A stretch of 64,000 bases of DNA from the NCBI GenBank assembly GCA_963835085.1, contig CAWIED010000004.1, positions 72,508 to 136,507 on the forward strand. The letters are read 5' to 3'. Under the pieces are notes generated by a model. The model saw nothing but the letters and a program-made list of their open reading frames with translations, had not been told where the DNA came from and ran no database searches. Origin of the DNA: an uncultured Actinomycetota bacterium (GTDB taxonomy: Bacteria; Actinomycetota; Actinomycetes; Actinomycetales; CAWJMD01). Position numbers and translations under genes: made by a program. Positions within the stretch are counted from its first letter, which is position 1; each line of letters begins with the position of its first letter. Of this stretch, positions 18,623 to 27,224 are shown piece by piece.

Positions 18623-18981
18623 CAGCCGCGAGCCGGGTGGACGATCAGGTTGCCGTCCTCGTCGGCCTCGGAGTACGACTCACCGCCGGCCGCGAACCGC
18701 GCCGCGTAGTCCAGCCCGTCCCGTAGCTCCGTCATGCGAGCGGCCCATTCCTCGCGGATGATGGCCTGCTCCCGCTCACCGAGCGAGTCGTAGGACCCCG
18801 TGCCGGTGAGGACCCTGACGATCTGCCGGTGGTTCACCCGCGGCGACATCTCCAGCTCGCGCCCGATACGCGCCCAGTGCGCGATCTGCTGCGGCACCGT
18901 CCGGGATGTGACGCGCGCCGCTGCGAGGGCGGACTCATACACGTCCGCGGGGAGCCGGGTCGGCTGGCTTGCCCTGGTCAT
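18622..18981 (-). CDS. ParD-like antitoxin (119 aa)
   Basis: Start at the ATG at 18981 (MTRASQPTRLPADVYESALAAARVTSRTVPQQIAHWARIGRELE...). Translationally coupled to the toxin gene. The longer ORF extension is R/P-rich and unlikely to be real. Confidence 0.55.
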   Translation of the reverse strand: MTRASQPTRLPADVYESALAAARVTSRTVPQQIAHWARIGRELEMSPRVNHRQIVRVLTGTGSYDSLGEREQAIIREEWAARMTELRDGLDYAARFAAGGESYSEADEDGNLIVHPARG

Positions 18982-19073
18982 GCAACCAGTGTAGCGCCGT
19001 GCTACCCGATTGCTGCGACGCGCAGCTCGTCGACGAGGCTTGCCAGGACGCACCGGCCGAGGAGCGCGCGGAC

Positions 19074-19441
19074 ATGCTGCCCGCCCTCGAGGACGCCCTA
19101 CAGGCCCTCTGCAACGCGGGGGAGCAGTGGCACCAGGCACACGCGCCCCCAGGTCAGGACGCAAGCTCGGCCGAGCTGCGCGCCTACCAGGACGTGATCG
19201 AGGCCCAGGCCGAGCAGGAGGCCGCCGCGGAGGAGAGCTTGCGCCGCCGCTATGCCGAGGCGTTCGCGGTCTATGCCGAGCGGTTCACCGCCGCCGTCCT
19301 CGACGCGGCCACGGCTCTTGCCGGGCTCACGGTGCCGGTCGAGGTGCGGGCTGAGGTCGATCCAGCCGCGCCGTGGTGGGACGTCGAGCGCGGGACACCA
19401 TCAACCCGCAGGAGTGGGACGAGGACGACGAGCTCGCGTGA
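19074..19441 (+). pseudogene. Hypothetical protein, apparently missing 1 nt at the G-run 19392-19394
   Basis: High-GC3 ORF MLPALEDALQAL...AAPWWDVERG continues in another frame as DTINPQEWDEDDELA-stop with near-perfect GC3. No recognisable family. Confidence 0.3.
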
Positions 19442-19796
19442 CGACTGTGGGCAGCAGCTCAACAGCGGGGCGGCCTGCCCACATTCGACGAGACCCCCAC
19501 CCCAGGAGTGAGCATGTCCGGGACGTCCAGGAGGGCAGTCGGGACGTTCGAATGGTCAGACCCGCGGGTGCAGGAGTTCACGCCGGGGGGAACGCGAGAG
19601 GAGCAGAGTGTGACGTACGTCGGCGAGATGGGAAGAGATGGAGTTTGGGGCAACGGTCACGTCTGCTCGGCTCAGCTGCAGACTTCGGCGCACCTGGCAG
19701 CCACGCGACGGCCGGTCCTGCGCATACTGCGGGCGCATGAGGGTGAAGCGTAGGTCGTACATCAACGGCGAGGCCGTCGAATGCGTCGATCGTGGC

Positions 19797-19934
19797 TCAT
19801 GCGACCTCGTCGTCGAGGCCGGCATCTTCGAGTTCGACGATTGACCAGGGCGGGCGTTCTCGGCGTTCCAGTCGCTGCTCGGCCGTGGCCCACCGTTGTT
19901 CGTCGCCATAGATCAGTACGAGGAAACGCGGCAT
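19797..19934 (-). pseudogene. YciI/YCII-like protein, N-terminal fragment only (45 aa)
   Basis: MPRFLVLIYGDEQRW is the typical YCII-family N-terminus, but the ORF stops after 45 aa where about 110 aa would be expected. Confidence 0.4.
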
Positions 19935-19944
19935 GGCAGGCCTT

Positions 19945-20949
19945 TCAGGTGGTCGTGATGGGTTGGGCGATCTCCCACTTATGGCCGGCGGGGTCCTCGA
20001 AGCAGGCGGTGCGCACACCCCACTCGCGGTTGCAGGGTCCGTTGAGCAGCTGTACGCCGCGGCTGCTCAGTACGGCACAAACCGCATCGACGTCGGACAC
20101 GGTGATCGTGAGCTGGACTCGACTGCGGTCCTCGGGACCTCCCGGCTGAGCGGGCGCGATCAGACTGCCGGCATGGCGGACGTCCAGGAGATTGATCAAT
20201 GTCAACCCAATCCGAAAGACAGTCGAGGCGTCGTCGTGATACGCCGGCTTCTCGTCGAAGGCCTGCCGGTAGAAGGCGGTAGACGCCGCGAGGTCATCGC
20301 AGAACAGCGTGATGGCCGACAGGCTCCTCGCCCAGCTGGGATTCCCGCTCACGGCGTGACCCGCGCCGGCACTGGCGTCGGAAGCCAGCGCCGCCCTCCT
20401 CGTTCGTTCTGCTTGCCAGTCGTCGGCGAGAAGGGCCCACACCTGTGTGTCGTAGTGAACGCCCTCGACTGGCCAGCTCTGGCGCAGCACTCCTTCCAAT
20501 GTCATGTTCAGTTGCTGGGCGACTCGCGAGCTGCGGGTGTTGTCGGCTCGGCAGCGCCACTCGGCCCGGTGCATGCCACGGACGTCGAAGGCCCACTCCA
20601 GTAGGCGACGGCATGCTTGGACGACAAGCCCGTTGCCTTCGGCCGCCGGTTCGAGCCAGCAGCCCAGTTCGCACCCGCCGGTCGCTGGGTCGAAGTGCGC
20701 GAACATCACCCCGCCGCATAGACGCCCGTGGCGCCAGATCCCGTACAGCCGGGGGCGGTCTGCCGCCGCGGCAGTGGCGTAGCGCTGCAGGGTGGTGCGC
20801 GCTTGGTCGAGCGTGTCGGTGACGAACGCCGGTCCCACCCAGGGCCTGATGTGCTCGCGGGCGCGATCCATGTGCGCGGCGAACTCTGCTGCGTGCCATA
20901 CCTCCAACGGGCCCAGCCGGGCATCCGCTGACAGGTCGATCGCGAACAT
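19945..20949 (-). CDS. GNAT N-acetyltransferase (RimJ/RimL-like) fused to a C-terminal VOC/glyoxalase domain
   Basis: N-terminal half LEVWHAAEFAAHMDRAREHIRPWVG...GCELGCWLEPAAEGNGL. C-terminal half LSAITLFCDDLAASTAFYRQAF...FEDPAGHKWEIAQ. Start at the ATG at 20949. Confidence 0.75.
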   Translation of the reverse strand: MFAIDLSADARLGPLEVWHAAEFAAHMDRAREHIRPWVGPAFVTDTLDQARTTLQRYATAAAADRPRLYGIWRHGRLCGGVMFAHFDPATGGCELGCWLEPAAEGNGLVVQACRRLLEWAFDVRGMHRAEWRCRADNTRSSRVAQQLNMTLEGVLRQSWPVEGVHYDTQVWALLADDWQAERTRRAALASDASAGAGHAVSGNPSWARSLSAITLFCDDLAASTAFYRQAFDEKPAYHDDASTVFRIGLTLINLLDVRHAGSLIAPAQPGGPEDRSRVQLTITVSDVDAVCAVLSSRGVQLLNGPCNREWGVRTACFEDPAGHKWEIAQPITTT

Positions 20950-20963
20950 GACGCCAGCCTCCG

Positions 20964-20989
20964 ATTCACACAACAACCGTTGCGTGAAT
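20964..20989. promoter_or_regulatory. Palindromic candidate TetR operator in the divergent GNAT/TetR intergenic region
   Basis: ATTCACACAAC-aacc-GTTGCGTGAAT (10 of 11 positions pair), located between start codons at 20949 (minus) and 21002 (plus). Confidence 0.4.
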
Positions 20990-21001
20990 ATTGTAGCGAG
21001 C

Positions 21002-21604
21002 GTGCCGCGACCACGAGGTGATCATGACGCGCGCCGGGGCGAGGTTGCTCGCGCGGTATTGCGTGTTCTAGCTGTGCGAGGGTTCCTAGGGCTGACCATG
21101 CGTGCCGTGGCTGCTGAGCTGGGTGCGAGCACGGGTGTGGTCACGCACTATTTCGCGTCCAAGCGTGAACTCCAGATGTTCGCGCTGGACCTCCTGGCGC
21201 GCAGTGTGGAGGAACGCCAGCGACCCACTGCGGCGCCGGGCATGGCGACCGTGCGCACGCTGCTGCTCGGCATACTGCCCATCAACGCCGAGGCCGCGAC
21301 CGCGAACCGCATCTGGATCTCATCCTGGGACGTCGTACTCGCCGAGCCACAGCTGGCCGCCGCCCACGCGAAAACCTATGCCGACAGTCGCGCCCGGCTC
21401 GAAGACGCCATTCGCGCCGCCCAGGACGACGGCGACCTGATCGCCGCCGACCCGGCCGATCTCGCCGCCACGCTGCACGCCTTCACACTCGGCCTCACCA
21501 TCCAGGCAGTCCTGGACCCCGACGCATTTCCGCCCGATCGCCAGACCGCGCTCACCGACGCCTACCTGACCGGCCTCACCCCGGCCCGTCGGCCGGCTGA
21601 CTGA
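21002..21604 (+). CDS. TetR-family transcriptional regulator
   Basis: HTH LTMRAVAAELGASTGVVTHYFASKRELQ. GTG start at 21002. Divergent from the GNAT-VOC gene. Confidence 0.8.
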   Translation: MPRPRGDHDARRGEVARAVLRVLAVRGFLGLTMRAVAAELGASTGVVTHYFASKRELQMFALDLLARSVEERQRPTAAPGMATVRTLLLGILPINAEAATANRIWISSWDVVLAEPQLAAAHAKTYADSRARLEDAIRAAQDDGDLIAADPADLAATLHAFTLGLTIQAVLDPDAFPPDRQTALTDAYLTGLTPARRPAD

Positions 21605-21645
21605 TCTTCGATCACCACGAGCCAGGAGAGCCAACCTCGCGAATC

Positions 21646-22082
21646 GTGCTGTACAGCCTGATGTCGCTCGACGGCGCCCTCGATGACCCGCACCGGTATT
21701 TCCCGGAGACTGGAAGGGGGACAGGCGCACCCGTTGTCGACCAGCAGTTCGCCGCCGCCAAGAGCGTGCTGCTCGCGGTGGTGATCGCCCGACAGGTAAG
21801 GCGGCCGGGACAACCTTCGTGATCATCGGCGCCAGCACTAGCCCGGCACTCAGGTAACTCAAAGTCTGTCGAGAGAACACTCAGAGATTCCTTGCAGAGA
21901 CTGGGGAGTTCCAGGTCTCCCGTTCGCGCTACCTGAGAGGACCCAGCTGTGACCACCACCTCGGGGGGCTGATGAGCCTGACCGGGCCATGGGCGCTGTC
22001 CAAGGACACCGCCGCACCCGGCCAGCCACTGGCCTACGAAGCATCTCCCAAAGACCTGTTCCCGGACGTGCGCGACGGCTGA
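21646..22082 (+). pseudogene. Degraded RibD_C / dihydrofolate-reductase-family gene (internal deletion and frameshifts)
   Basis: N-terminus (R)IVLYSLMSLDGALDDPHRYFPE. A later frame reads KAAGTTFVIIGASTSPAL, like the PGxDIxVxGS region. C-terminal ...PLAYEASPKDLFPDVRDG-stop at 22080-22082. Too short and multi-frame. Confidence 0.4.
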
Positions 22083-22212
22083 ACTCCCCTCTCAGCCGTA
22101 TCCCCCGAGCACGTCGACGGGGAGCATGGGCAAGGGGCCGACCTCTCGGTGAGGTCGGCCCCTTCGTCGTGCTCGTCGAGCTGGGGTTCACATAGCAGCG
22201 GAGCGGATCTGG
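22033..22212 (+). repeat. Inverted repeat, left copy (about 180 bp; contains the gene 3' end plus a perfect 14-bp-stem hairpin at 22132-22164)
   Basis: The reverse complement of 26934-27111 matches with one substitution and one 2-nt indel by manual alignment. Confidence 0.8.
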
Positions 22213-22244
22213 GCGTGGGGGCGGCCGCGGCCTGAGGAGGGCGC

Positions 22245-23117
22245 TTATGCGCCGCCGGCGGTGACGATGGCGTCGGTGATGAATCCGGCGAGGATGCCGA
22301 GCAGCAGACCGTAGGCGACCAAGTCGGGGCGTTTGGCGCGGGCGGCGACGCCGAGCAGTTGGGCGATGACGTAGACGATCGATCCGGCGGCGAGGGTGAG
22401 GAACACGACACTGACCGGTTCGGAGGTGAAGTTGTGCCCGACGGCGGTGCCGATGAAGGTTGGTCCGCCGGCGATGGCGGCCATCGCCAGCAGGAATCTC
22501 CAGGTGGGTCGGGTGTCCACGCCGTCGAGGTCCTTGTCGGCGGCCAACGGGGCGACGATGCCGAACCCTTCGGTGGCGTTGTGCAACGCGAATCCGATGA
22601 CCAGCACGGTGGCCAGGGCGATGGCGTTGCTGGCGGCGGCCTGCCCGATGGCCAGGCCTTCGGCGAAGTTGTGCAGCCCGATGCCGACCGCGATGAGCAG
22701 CGACAGCCGGCGCGCGGGTGACCAGGTGGCCGGGCCGCGGGTGTGCGCGAACCGTTCGGTGGCCGCCATCGTGCCCGGGCCACGGCTGCCGCGGTTGCGC
22801 GTGGCGCGGGCCAGGTAGCGGTCGTAGGCCACCAAGCCGAGGAGACCGACAGCCAAGCCGCCGGCGAACAGGCTGCCGTAGCCGAACACCGGGGCCAGAC
22901 CGCCGCTGCCGTCGTGCACCGCGCCGAGTCCGGTGTCGATCGGTTCCCACGCCGCGGCCAGGACGTCCCAGAACAAGAACATCAGGATGCCGACGGCGGT
23001 GGCGTTCAGGAAGACCCGCAGCCCGGGTGCGGGCTGGCGCATCCGGCCGACGGGCAGCCCGAACAGGATAGTGACGCCGGCGATGAAGCCGAGCAGCAAA
23101 GTCGTCATCAGGCTCAT
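22245..23117 (-). CDS. zupT: ZIP-family divalent metal transporter (ZupT-like)
   Basis: 290-aa polytopic membrane protein with GLHNFAEGLAIG and ALHNATEGFGI motifs. Confidence 0.85.
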   Translation of the reverse strand: MSLMTTLLLGFIAGVTILFGLPVGRMRQPAPGLRVFLNATAVGILMFLFWDVLAAAWEPIDTGLGAVHDGSGGLAPVFGYGSLFAGGLAVGLLGLVAYDRYLARATRNRGSRGPGTMAATERFAHTRGPATWSPARRLSLLIAVGIGLHNFAEGLAIGQAAASNAIALATVLVIGFALHNATEGFGIVAPLAADKDLDGVDTRPTWRFLLAMAAIAGGPTFIGTAVGHNFTSEPVSVVFLTLAAGSIVYVIAQLLGVAARAKRPDLVAYGLLLGILAGFITDAIVTAGGA

Positions 23118-23324
23118 GCCGACACCCTGCCACAGGCAGGTTAGGCATGCCTAACAGGCGGCTGGTCTGCTGCTGAGTTCGCGGAACCATGCTCACCGTT
23201 TCTCTCGGACCTCACCGACACACGTCCCGGGCAACCCGATCACCGAGTAGCGCCATCCCGCGTACCGTGGAGACCCTCCACCGGGCCGCCGCGGCAAAGG
23301 GGAGCCGACTTATGAAGGGCCACC

Positions 23325-23894
23325 ATGCAACTCGATGACCTCCTCCAGGCGCTCAACGCCGGCCAGACCATCGTCGGGGATTCACCGCTGCACCGAGTCA
23401 TGCATCGAGTCAGCCAAGAGGCCCTACGCATCACCGGCGAGCTCAATGGCGGGTACCGCGAGCCGGCGCGGGTGCGGGAACTGCTGGGCCAGCTGATCGG
23501 TACGCCCGTCGACGATTCGGTGACGGTATTCCCCCCGTTCTATTCCGACTTCGGGAAGAACATCACCCTCGGAAAGAGGATCTTCATCAACTCCGGATGC
23601 AGGTTCCAGGACCAGGGTGGTGTGGTCATCGGCGACGACTGCCTCATTGGGCACAACACGGTCTTAGCCACGCTCAACCACGACCTCGACCCGTCCCGCC
23701 GCGCGGACCTGCACCCAGCGCCGATCGTCATCGGCCGCAACGTGTGGATCGGATCGAACGCGACCGTTCTGCCGGGCGTGACAATCGGCGACAACGCCGT
23801 CGTGGCAGCGGCCTCCGTTGTCACCAAGGACGTTCCGGAGAACACGGTCGTCGTGGGATCACCCGCCCGGGTGGTGCGCACCTTAACCACCTGA
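23325..23894 (+). CDS. Left-handed beta-helix (hexapeptide) O-acetyltransferase, Maa/LacA-like
   Basis: Hexapeptide repeats IGDDCLIGHNTVL and IGRNVWIGSNATVLPGVTIGDNAVVAAASVV. N-terminal Mac-like region. Confidence 0.8.
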   Translation: MQLDDLLQALNAGQTIVGDSPLHRVMHRVSQEALRITGELNGGYREPARVRELLGQLIGTPVDDSVTVFPPFYSDFGKNITLGKRIFINSGCRFQDQGGVVIGDDCLIGHNTVLATLNHDLDPSRRADLHPAPIVIGRNVWIGSNATVLPGVTIGDNAVVAAASVVTKDVPENTVVVGSPARVVRTLTT

Positions 23895-23918
23895 ACCGAC
23901 AAGCTGCTGGCCCGTTTA

Positions 23919-24026
23919 TTACGTTTCCGATGTGTCATACCTTGCAGAGTTACTCCCAGTCATAACACTGCCCAATGCGACCACGCCAGCGATGGTCACG
24001 CCAGCTAGACTCCTCTTGATGCTCAT
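23919..24026 (-). CDS. 35-aa ORF with a signal-peptide-like N-terminus (speculative)
   Basis: MSIKRSLAGVTIAGVVALGSVMTGSNSARYDTSET. GGAAGGA lies 8 nt upstream of the ATG. Sits at the 3' side of the low-GC structured region. Confidence 0.3.
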   Translation of the reverse strand: MSIKRSLAGVTIAGVVALGSVMTGSNSARYDTSET

Positions 24027-24460
24027 AACGCCAATCCTTCCGTCGCGTCCCTAAAGGCTTGTATATGGTCCTTCGTCATCCGTCTTGGCTTTCGAGTCAA
24101 GGAACCTTCCAATCACGGAGATGATGCAGTGCCGTGTTACATACCGTCGCTGTGATCGGCGCACCGCTCTGTCCATTGAGTCCTGGCTATTGTTCAGTAC
24201 AATAGTTTTCGACAGGACCGGCTGAGCTGGTGGCATACCCGTCGGGTTACCTTCTTTTGCTTCCAGCTTGACAGGCAATTCACTACCTATCAGTTCATGG
24301 AGGATACGCACACTCAGGTGCGCTGAGGAACCTCTCCGATATACCCCTTTCGAGGACCTGATCTCAGGCATCCCTCAGGCCATGGGTCTTCGTCTCCGAT
24401 ACCACGGGCGTGGTGGGTGCCGATGTGCCTCGGGGGCACCGGTCCTTCGGGGTGTGACCA
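24027..24460 (-). promoter_or_regulatory. Low-GC, hairpin-rich about 430-nt region (candidate structured leader or ncRNA; unclassified)
   Basis: Marked GC drop relative to flanks. Hairpins on the minus-strand transcript include CTATTGT-actga-ACAATAG, CCTGA-ga-TCAGG, GGTGCC-13nt-GGCACC and CTGAGG...CCTCAG. The only ORF here (24051..24371) has atypical codon usage. Confidence 0.25.
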
Positions 24461-24971
24461 CCTCAGGAATCGAGCGCCGGGTGTGTCAGATTAACGGTGG
24501 ATCTGGCCCGGCTCATTTCAGTTGGTTCGGCCTTCGAAGGTGATGGCGAAGGCGTTGAGTGCGGGGCTTCCACTTCCTCACCCAGCGTGCCCGGCCGCGA
24601 GGCTGGGATTGGATTCACCGCGTTGTCGAACGGGTTCGCCACCTGTGACGACCCGGCCGGGTTGCAGACGATCTGTGAGGAGAGTCTTGTGGCTCGACCT
24701 GGGCGAAGTAGGTACCGAGTTGCCGAGCCCACTCCACGTGCCAGAGTTCCCACCGTGCTCAAAACGTGTAACGGCTCATGCTGCTCTTCGTGGCGTGCCG
24801 TTGGTTGGGGGTAGTGGCGAGGATGACTACCACGGCGCTGGTGGTGGACACTGTTGCGATGGCACACGCCCGAAGAGCGTATCGAGCGCCGGGTGAGGTG
24901 GGCCACCGAGTCCTTGGACGTTGCGTCGGCCGTCCACGCTTCAGCTTGAGCTGTAGGACCGTGGTCTGGGC

Positions 24972-25454
24972 GTGCGCCGGATGACGCCTCGAGTATTCGC
25001 GTCTGGAACCGATTCGGCCACTGAGTTGCGTCGCGTGCGGGACCTTATGGATCGCGAGTTCACCGATGAGGGATTGAATCTGGATCGCGTTGCTGCTGCG
25101 GCGTTCATGTCGAAGTCGCACTTCGTGCGTCGCTTCGCACAGCAGTTTGGCACGACGCCGGCGGCGTATCTCAGCCAGCGGCGGATCGAACGGGCCCAGG
25201 ACTTGTTGCGCTTCGCCAACCTGACGGTGACCGACGTCTGCCACGCGGTGGGGTTCAGGTCACTCGGGTCGTTTTCGTCGGTGTTCACCGAGCGGGTCGG
25301 AGTTACGCCGTCTGAGTTTCAGCGACGCTGGCGTGGCCAAGACCCGCCGCGCGTTCCCGGGTGCGTGATCCTGATGTGGGGACCGCAGCGTTGCTCCGCC
25401 GTCGGAACTGAGCAATCTGGGAGAAGCGCGGGCGGCGGCGGAGACTTACGGTGA
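24972..25454 (+). CDS. AraC-family HTH transcriptional regulator (short form)
   Basis: SKSHFVRRFAQQFGTTPAAYLSQRRIERAQDLLRFANLTVTDVCHAVGFRSLGSFSSVF. Followed 4 nt later by a VOC gene. Confidence 0.8.
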   Translation: MRRMTPRVFASGTDSATELRRVRDLMDREFTDEGLNLDRVAAAAFMSKSHFVRRFAQQFGTTPAAYLSQRRIERAQDLLRFANLTVTDVCHAVGFRSLGSFSSVFTERVGVTPSEFQRRWRGQDPPRVPGCVILMWGPQRCSAVGTEQSGRSAGGGGDLR

Positions 25455-25458
25455 CGAC

Positions 25459-25887
25459 GTGATTACCAACGTGGCTATTGTCAATGTCTTCGTGCAGGAT
25501 CAACAGGAGGCGCTCGAGTTCTACACGCAGGTTCTGGGGTTCGAAGTCCGTGACGACGTGACCCTCGATGGCGGGTTCCGATGGTGCACCGTGGGTCATC
25601 CGAATCAGCCCGAACTGCTGCTCAGCCTTATCGAGTTCGGGCCCCCACTGCCGCGCGATCTAGTCGACAAGCTCAACCTGGCGCAGCGCTCCGGGGGCTG
25701 GCGCGGCCTTGGGTTCAACGTCGACGATTGTCGCCACACGCACCGCGAGCTGGTCGCCAAGGGCGTGGAGTTCGTGCAGGAACCGCAGCAACGCCCGTAC
25801 GGGACGGAGGCGGTTTGCCGGGACAACTCAGGCAACTGGATCGTCCTCATCGAACTCCCCGGGCACGGCACGCGAGGGCGTCGATGA
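25459..25887 (+). CDS. VOC/glyoxalase-family protein
   Basis: MITNVAIVNVFVQDQQEALEFYTQVLGFEV...YGTEAVCRDNSGNWIVLIE. Confidence 0.8.
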   Translation: MITNVAIVNVFVQDQQEALEFYTQVLGFEVRDDVTLDGGFRWCTVGHPNQPELLLSLIEFGPPLPRDLVDKLNLAQRSGGWRGLGFNVDDCRHTHRELVAKGVEFVQEPQQRPYGTEAVCRDNSGNWIVLIELPGHGTRGRR

Positions 25888-26315
25888 CCACGTCGCCCAT
25901 GCCTTCCGCGATCCGATCGGTGGCCAACCTCGTTATCCCGATCGCCGGGTCTTCGCTGGATCGAAGTCGCGCCGATTGGTGCTCACACCACAATCGCTCT
26001 GGCCACGTCTCGCGGTGGCATGTGGGGGACCGCCGGAGGCGAGACAACGTCAATCTGTTCTGTGAGGACGTCGCCGGCGAACACGCGCGTTTGTGCGACT
26101 GTGGGATCGATGTCGACCCGCAGATGCTGGAGATACCGGGCGCGCCGCCCATGTTCCGGTTCGTGTCCCGTTCGGGAACATCCTTCAAGTCGTCCAGATC
26201 GGAGGGAAATCCCGGCGACGGAGGCCCGAGCGCATGACGCGCGCAGCGATGAGGGTGGCCGCACACCGCCCCGGTCGTGGGACGTCAACCCGAGAACGAG
26301 CAGATGGGAGTTGTC

Positions 26316-26705
26316 ATGGACATGAAACTAGAGCTGATTCCGGTACCCGTGGAAGATGTTGACCGGGCCAAGGCGTTCTACACGAAACTAGGCTTCCACG
26401 TCGACGTCGACGTTCAACTTGGCGAGGGGGTACGCGTCGTACAGCTGACGCCTCCAGGCTCGAGCTGCTCGATCGGTATGGGTACCGGCCTGGGTGCCTA
26501 CGAAGGCGAGCCCGGGTCCATTCGAGCGCTTCATCTAGTCGTCGCCGACATCGAGAAGAGCCGAGCCGAGTTGATCGCGCTCGGCGTTGATGTAGGCGAC
26601 GTGATGGACCACGGAGGAGGGGTCAAGAGCGCCGGCTTCGCCGACCCGGATGGCAACACTCTCCAGTTGCAGGAGATGGCGTGGCGAACGGGAGACGCCT
26701 TCTAG
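26316..26705 (+). CDS. VOC/glyoxalase-family protein
   Basis: MDMKLELIPVPVEDVDRAKAFYTKLGFHVDVD...FADPDGNTLQLQE. ATG at 26316 with GGGAG upstream. Confidence 0.8.
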   Translation: MDMKLELIPVPVEDVDRAKAFYTKLGFHVDVDVQLGEGVRVVQLTPPGSSCSIGMGTGLGAYEGEPGSIRALHLVVADIEKSRAELIALGVDVGDVMDHGGGVKSAGFADPDGNTLQLQEMAWRTGDAF

Positions 26706-26745
26706 CGGCCGACGTTGTCAGGCAGGTGTCGTCGATGCCCCTGGG

Positions 26746-26915
26746 TGAACGAACCAGATGACGAGCCAGATCAGTGGATGGTCGACTCGCTGTCTGAGGT
26801 CTCGGTGCACGCGACGGGCTCGAACACCTATCGATCGATGGTGGACTACTGGCCCGAGTCGAATGAGGTGGTCGCGGAGCCTATGAGACCGGTCCGGCGT
26901 CTACTCCTGTTCGCC
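26746..26915 (+). pseudogene. RibD_C/DHFR-family internal fragment
   Basis: ...EVSVHATGSNTYRSMVDYWPESNEVVAEPM... resembles the LLLGRxTYExxxxYWP...FAxxMN core that is missing from the degraded copy at 21646-22082. It abuts the right inverted repeat. Confidence 0.35.
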
Positions 26916-26933
26916 TTCCTCCTGCGGCAGGGA

Positions 26934-27111
26934 CCAGATCCGCTCCGCTGCTATGAACCCCAGCTCGACGAGCACGACGAAGGGGCCGACCTCACCGAGA
27001 GGTCGGCCCCTTGCCCATGCTCCCCGTCGACGTGTTCGGGGGATACGGCTGAGAGGGGAGTTCAGCCGTCGCGCACGTCCGGGAACAGGTCTTTGGGAGA
27101 TGCTTCGTAGG
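26934..27111 (-). repeat. Inverted repeat, right copy (hairpin at 26980-27012)
   Basis: Reverse complement of 22033-22212 (one substitution, one 2-nt indel). Confidence 0.8.
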
Positions 27112-27224
27112 TGGTCAGACATGATCACCCAAGTCAGCTTGGACTGTGGCCAGCTGAGCCACTGCCTCACGGGTATGCGGAAAGGTCCTCGCGCTCAGTA
27201 AGCCGAACTGGCGGTCTGTAGGTT

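Noticed and set aside
21859-23196. 445-aa Arg/Pro-rich minus-strand ORF, plus the 249-aa ORF at 22034..22783
   Set aside because: These are alternative frames of the ZIP transporter gene and the inverted repeat. The extreme R/P composition argues against them, and the ZupT frame (22245..23117) has the real motifs.
24027-24460. Assignment of the low-GC structured region to a TPP, cobalamin or c-di-AMP riboswitch
   Set aside because: Isolated strings (CTGAGA, ACCCGAC, AGCCAGGA) resemble pieces of these consensus sequences. Their order and spacing do not fit any of them, so the region is left unclassified.
24463-24906. 147-aa minus-strand ORF and overlapping ORFs between the low-GC region and araC
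   Set aside because: I found no recognisable motifs, and the competing frames are of equal quality. It may be a decayed gene, but nothing supports a call.
25890-26290. Possible degraded minus-strand gene (frames reading ...YLQHLRVDIDPTVAQTRVFAGDVLTEQ... and ...SSEDPAIGITRLATDRIAEGMGDVVIDALA)
   Set aside because: The fragments look protein-like but need at least two frame changes to join. I cannot assign a family, so the evidence is insufficient.
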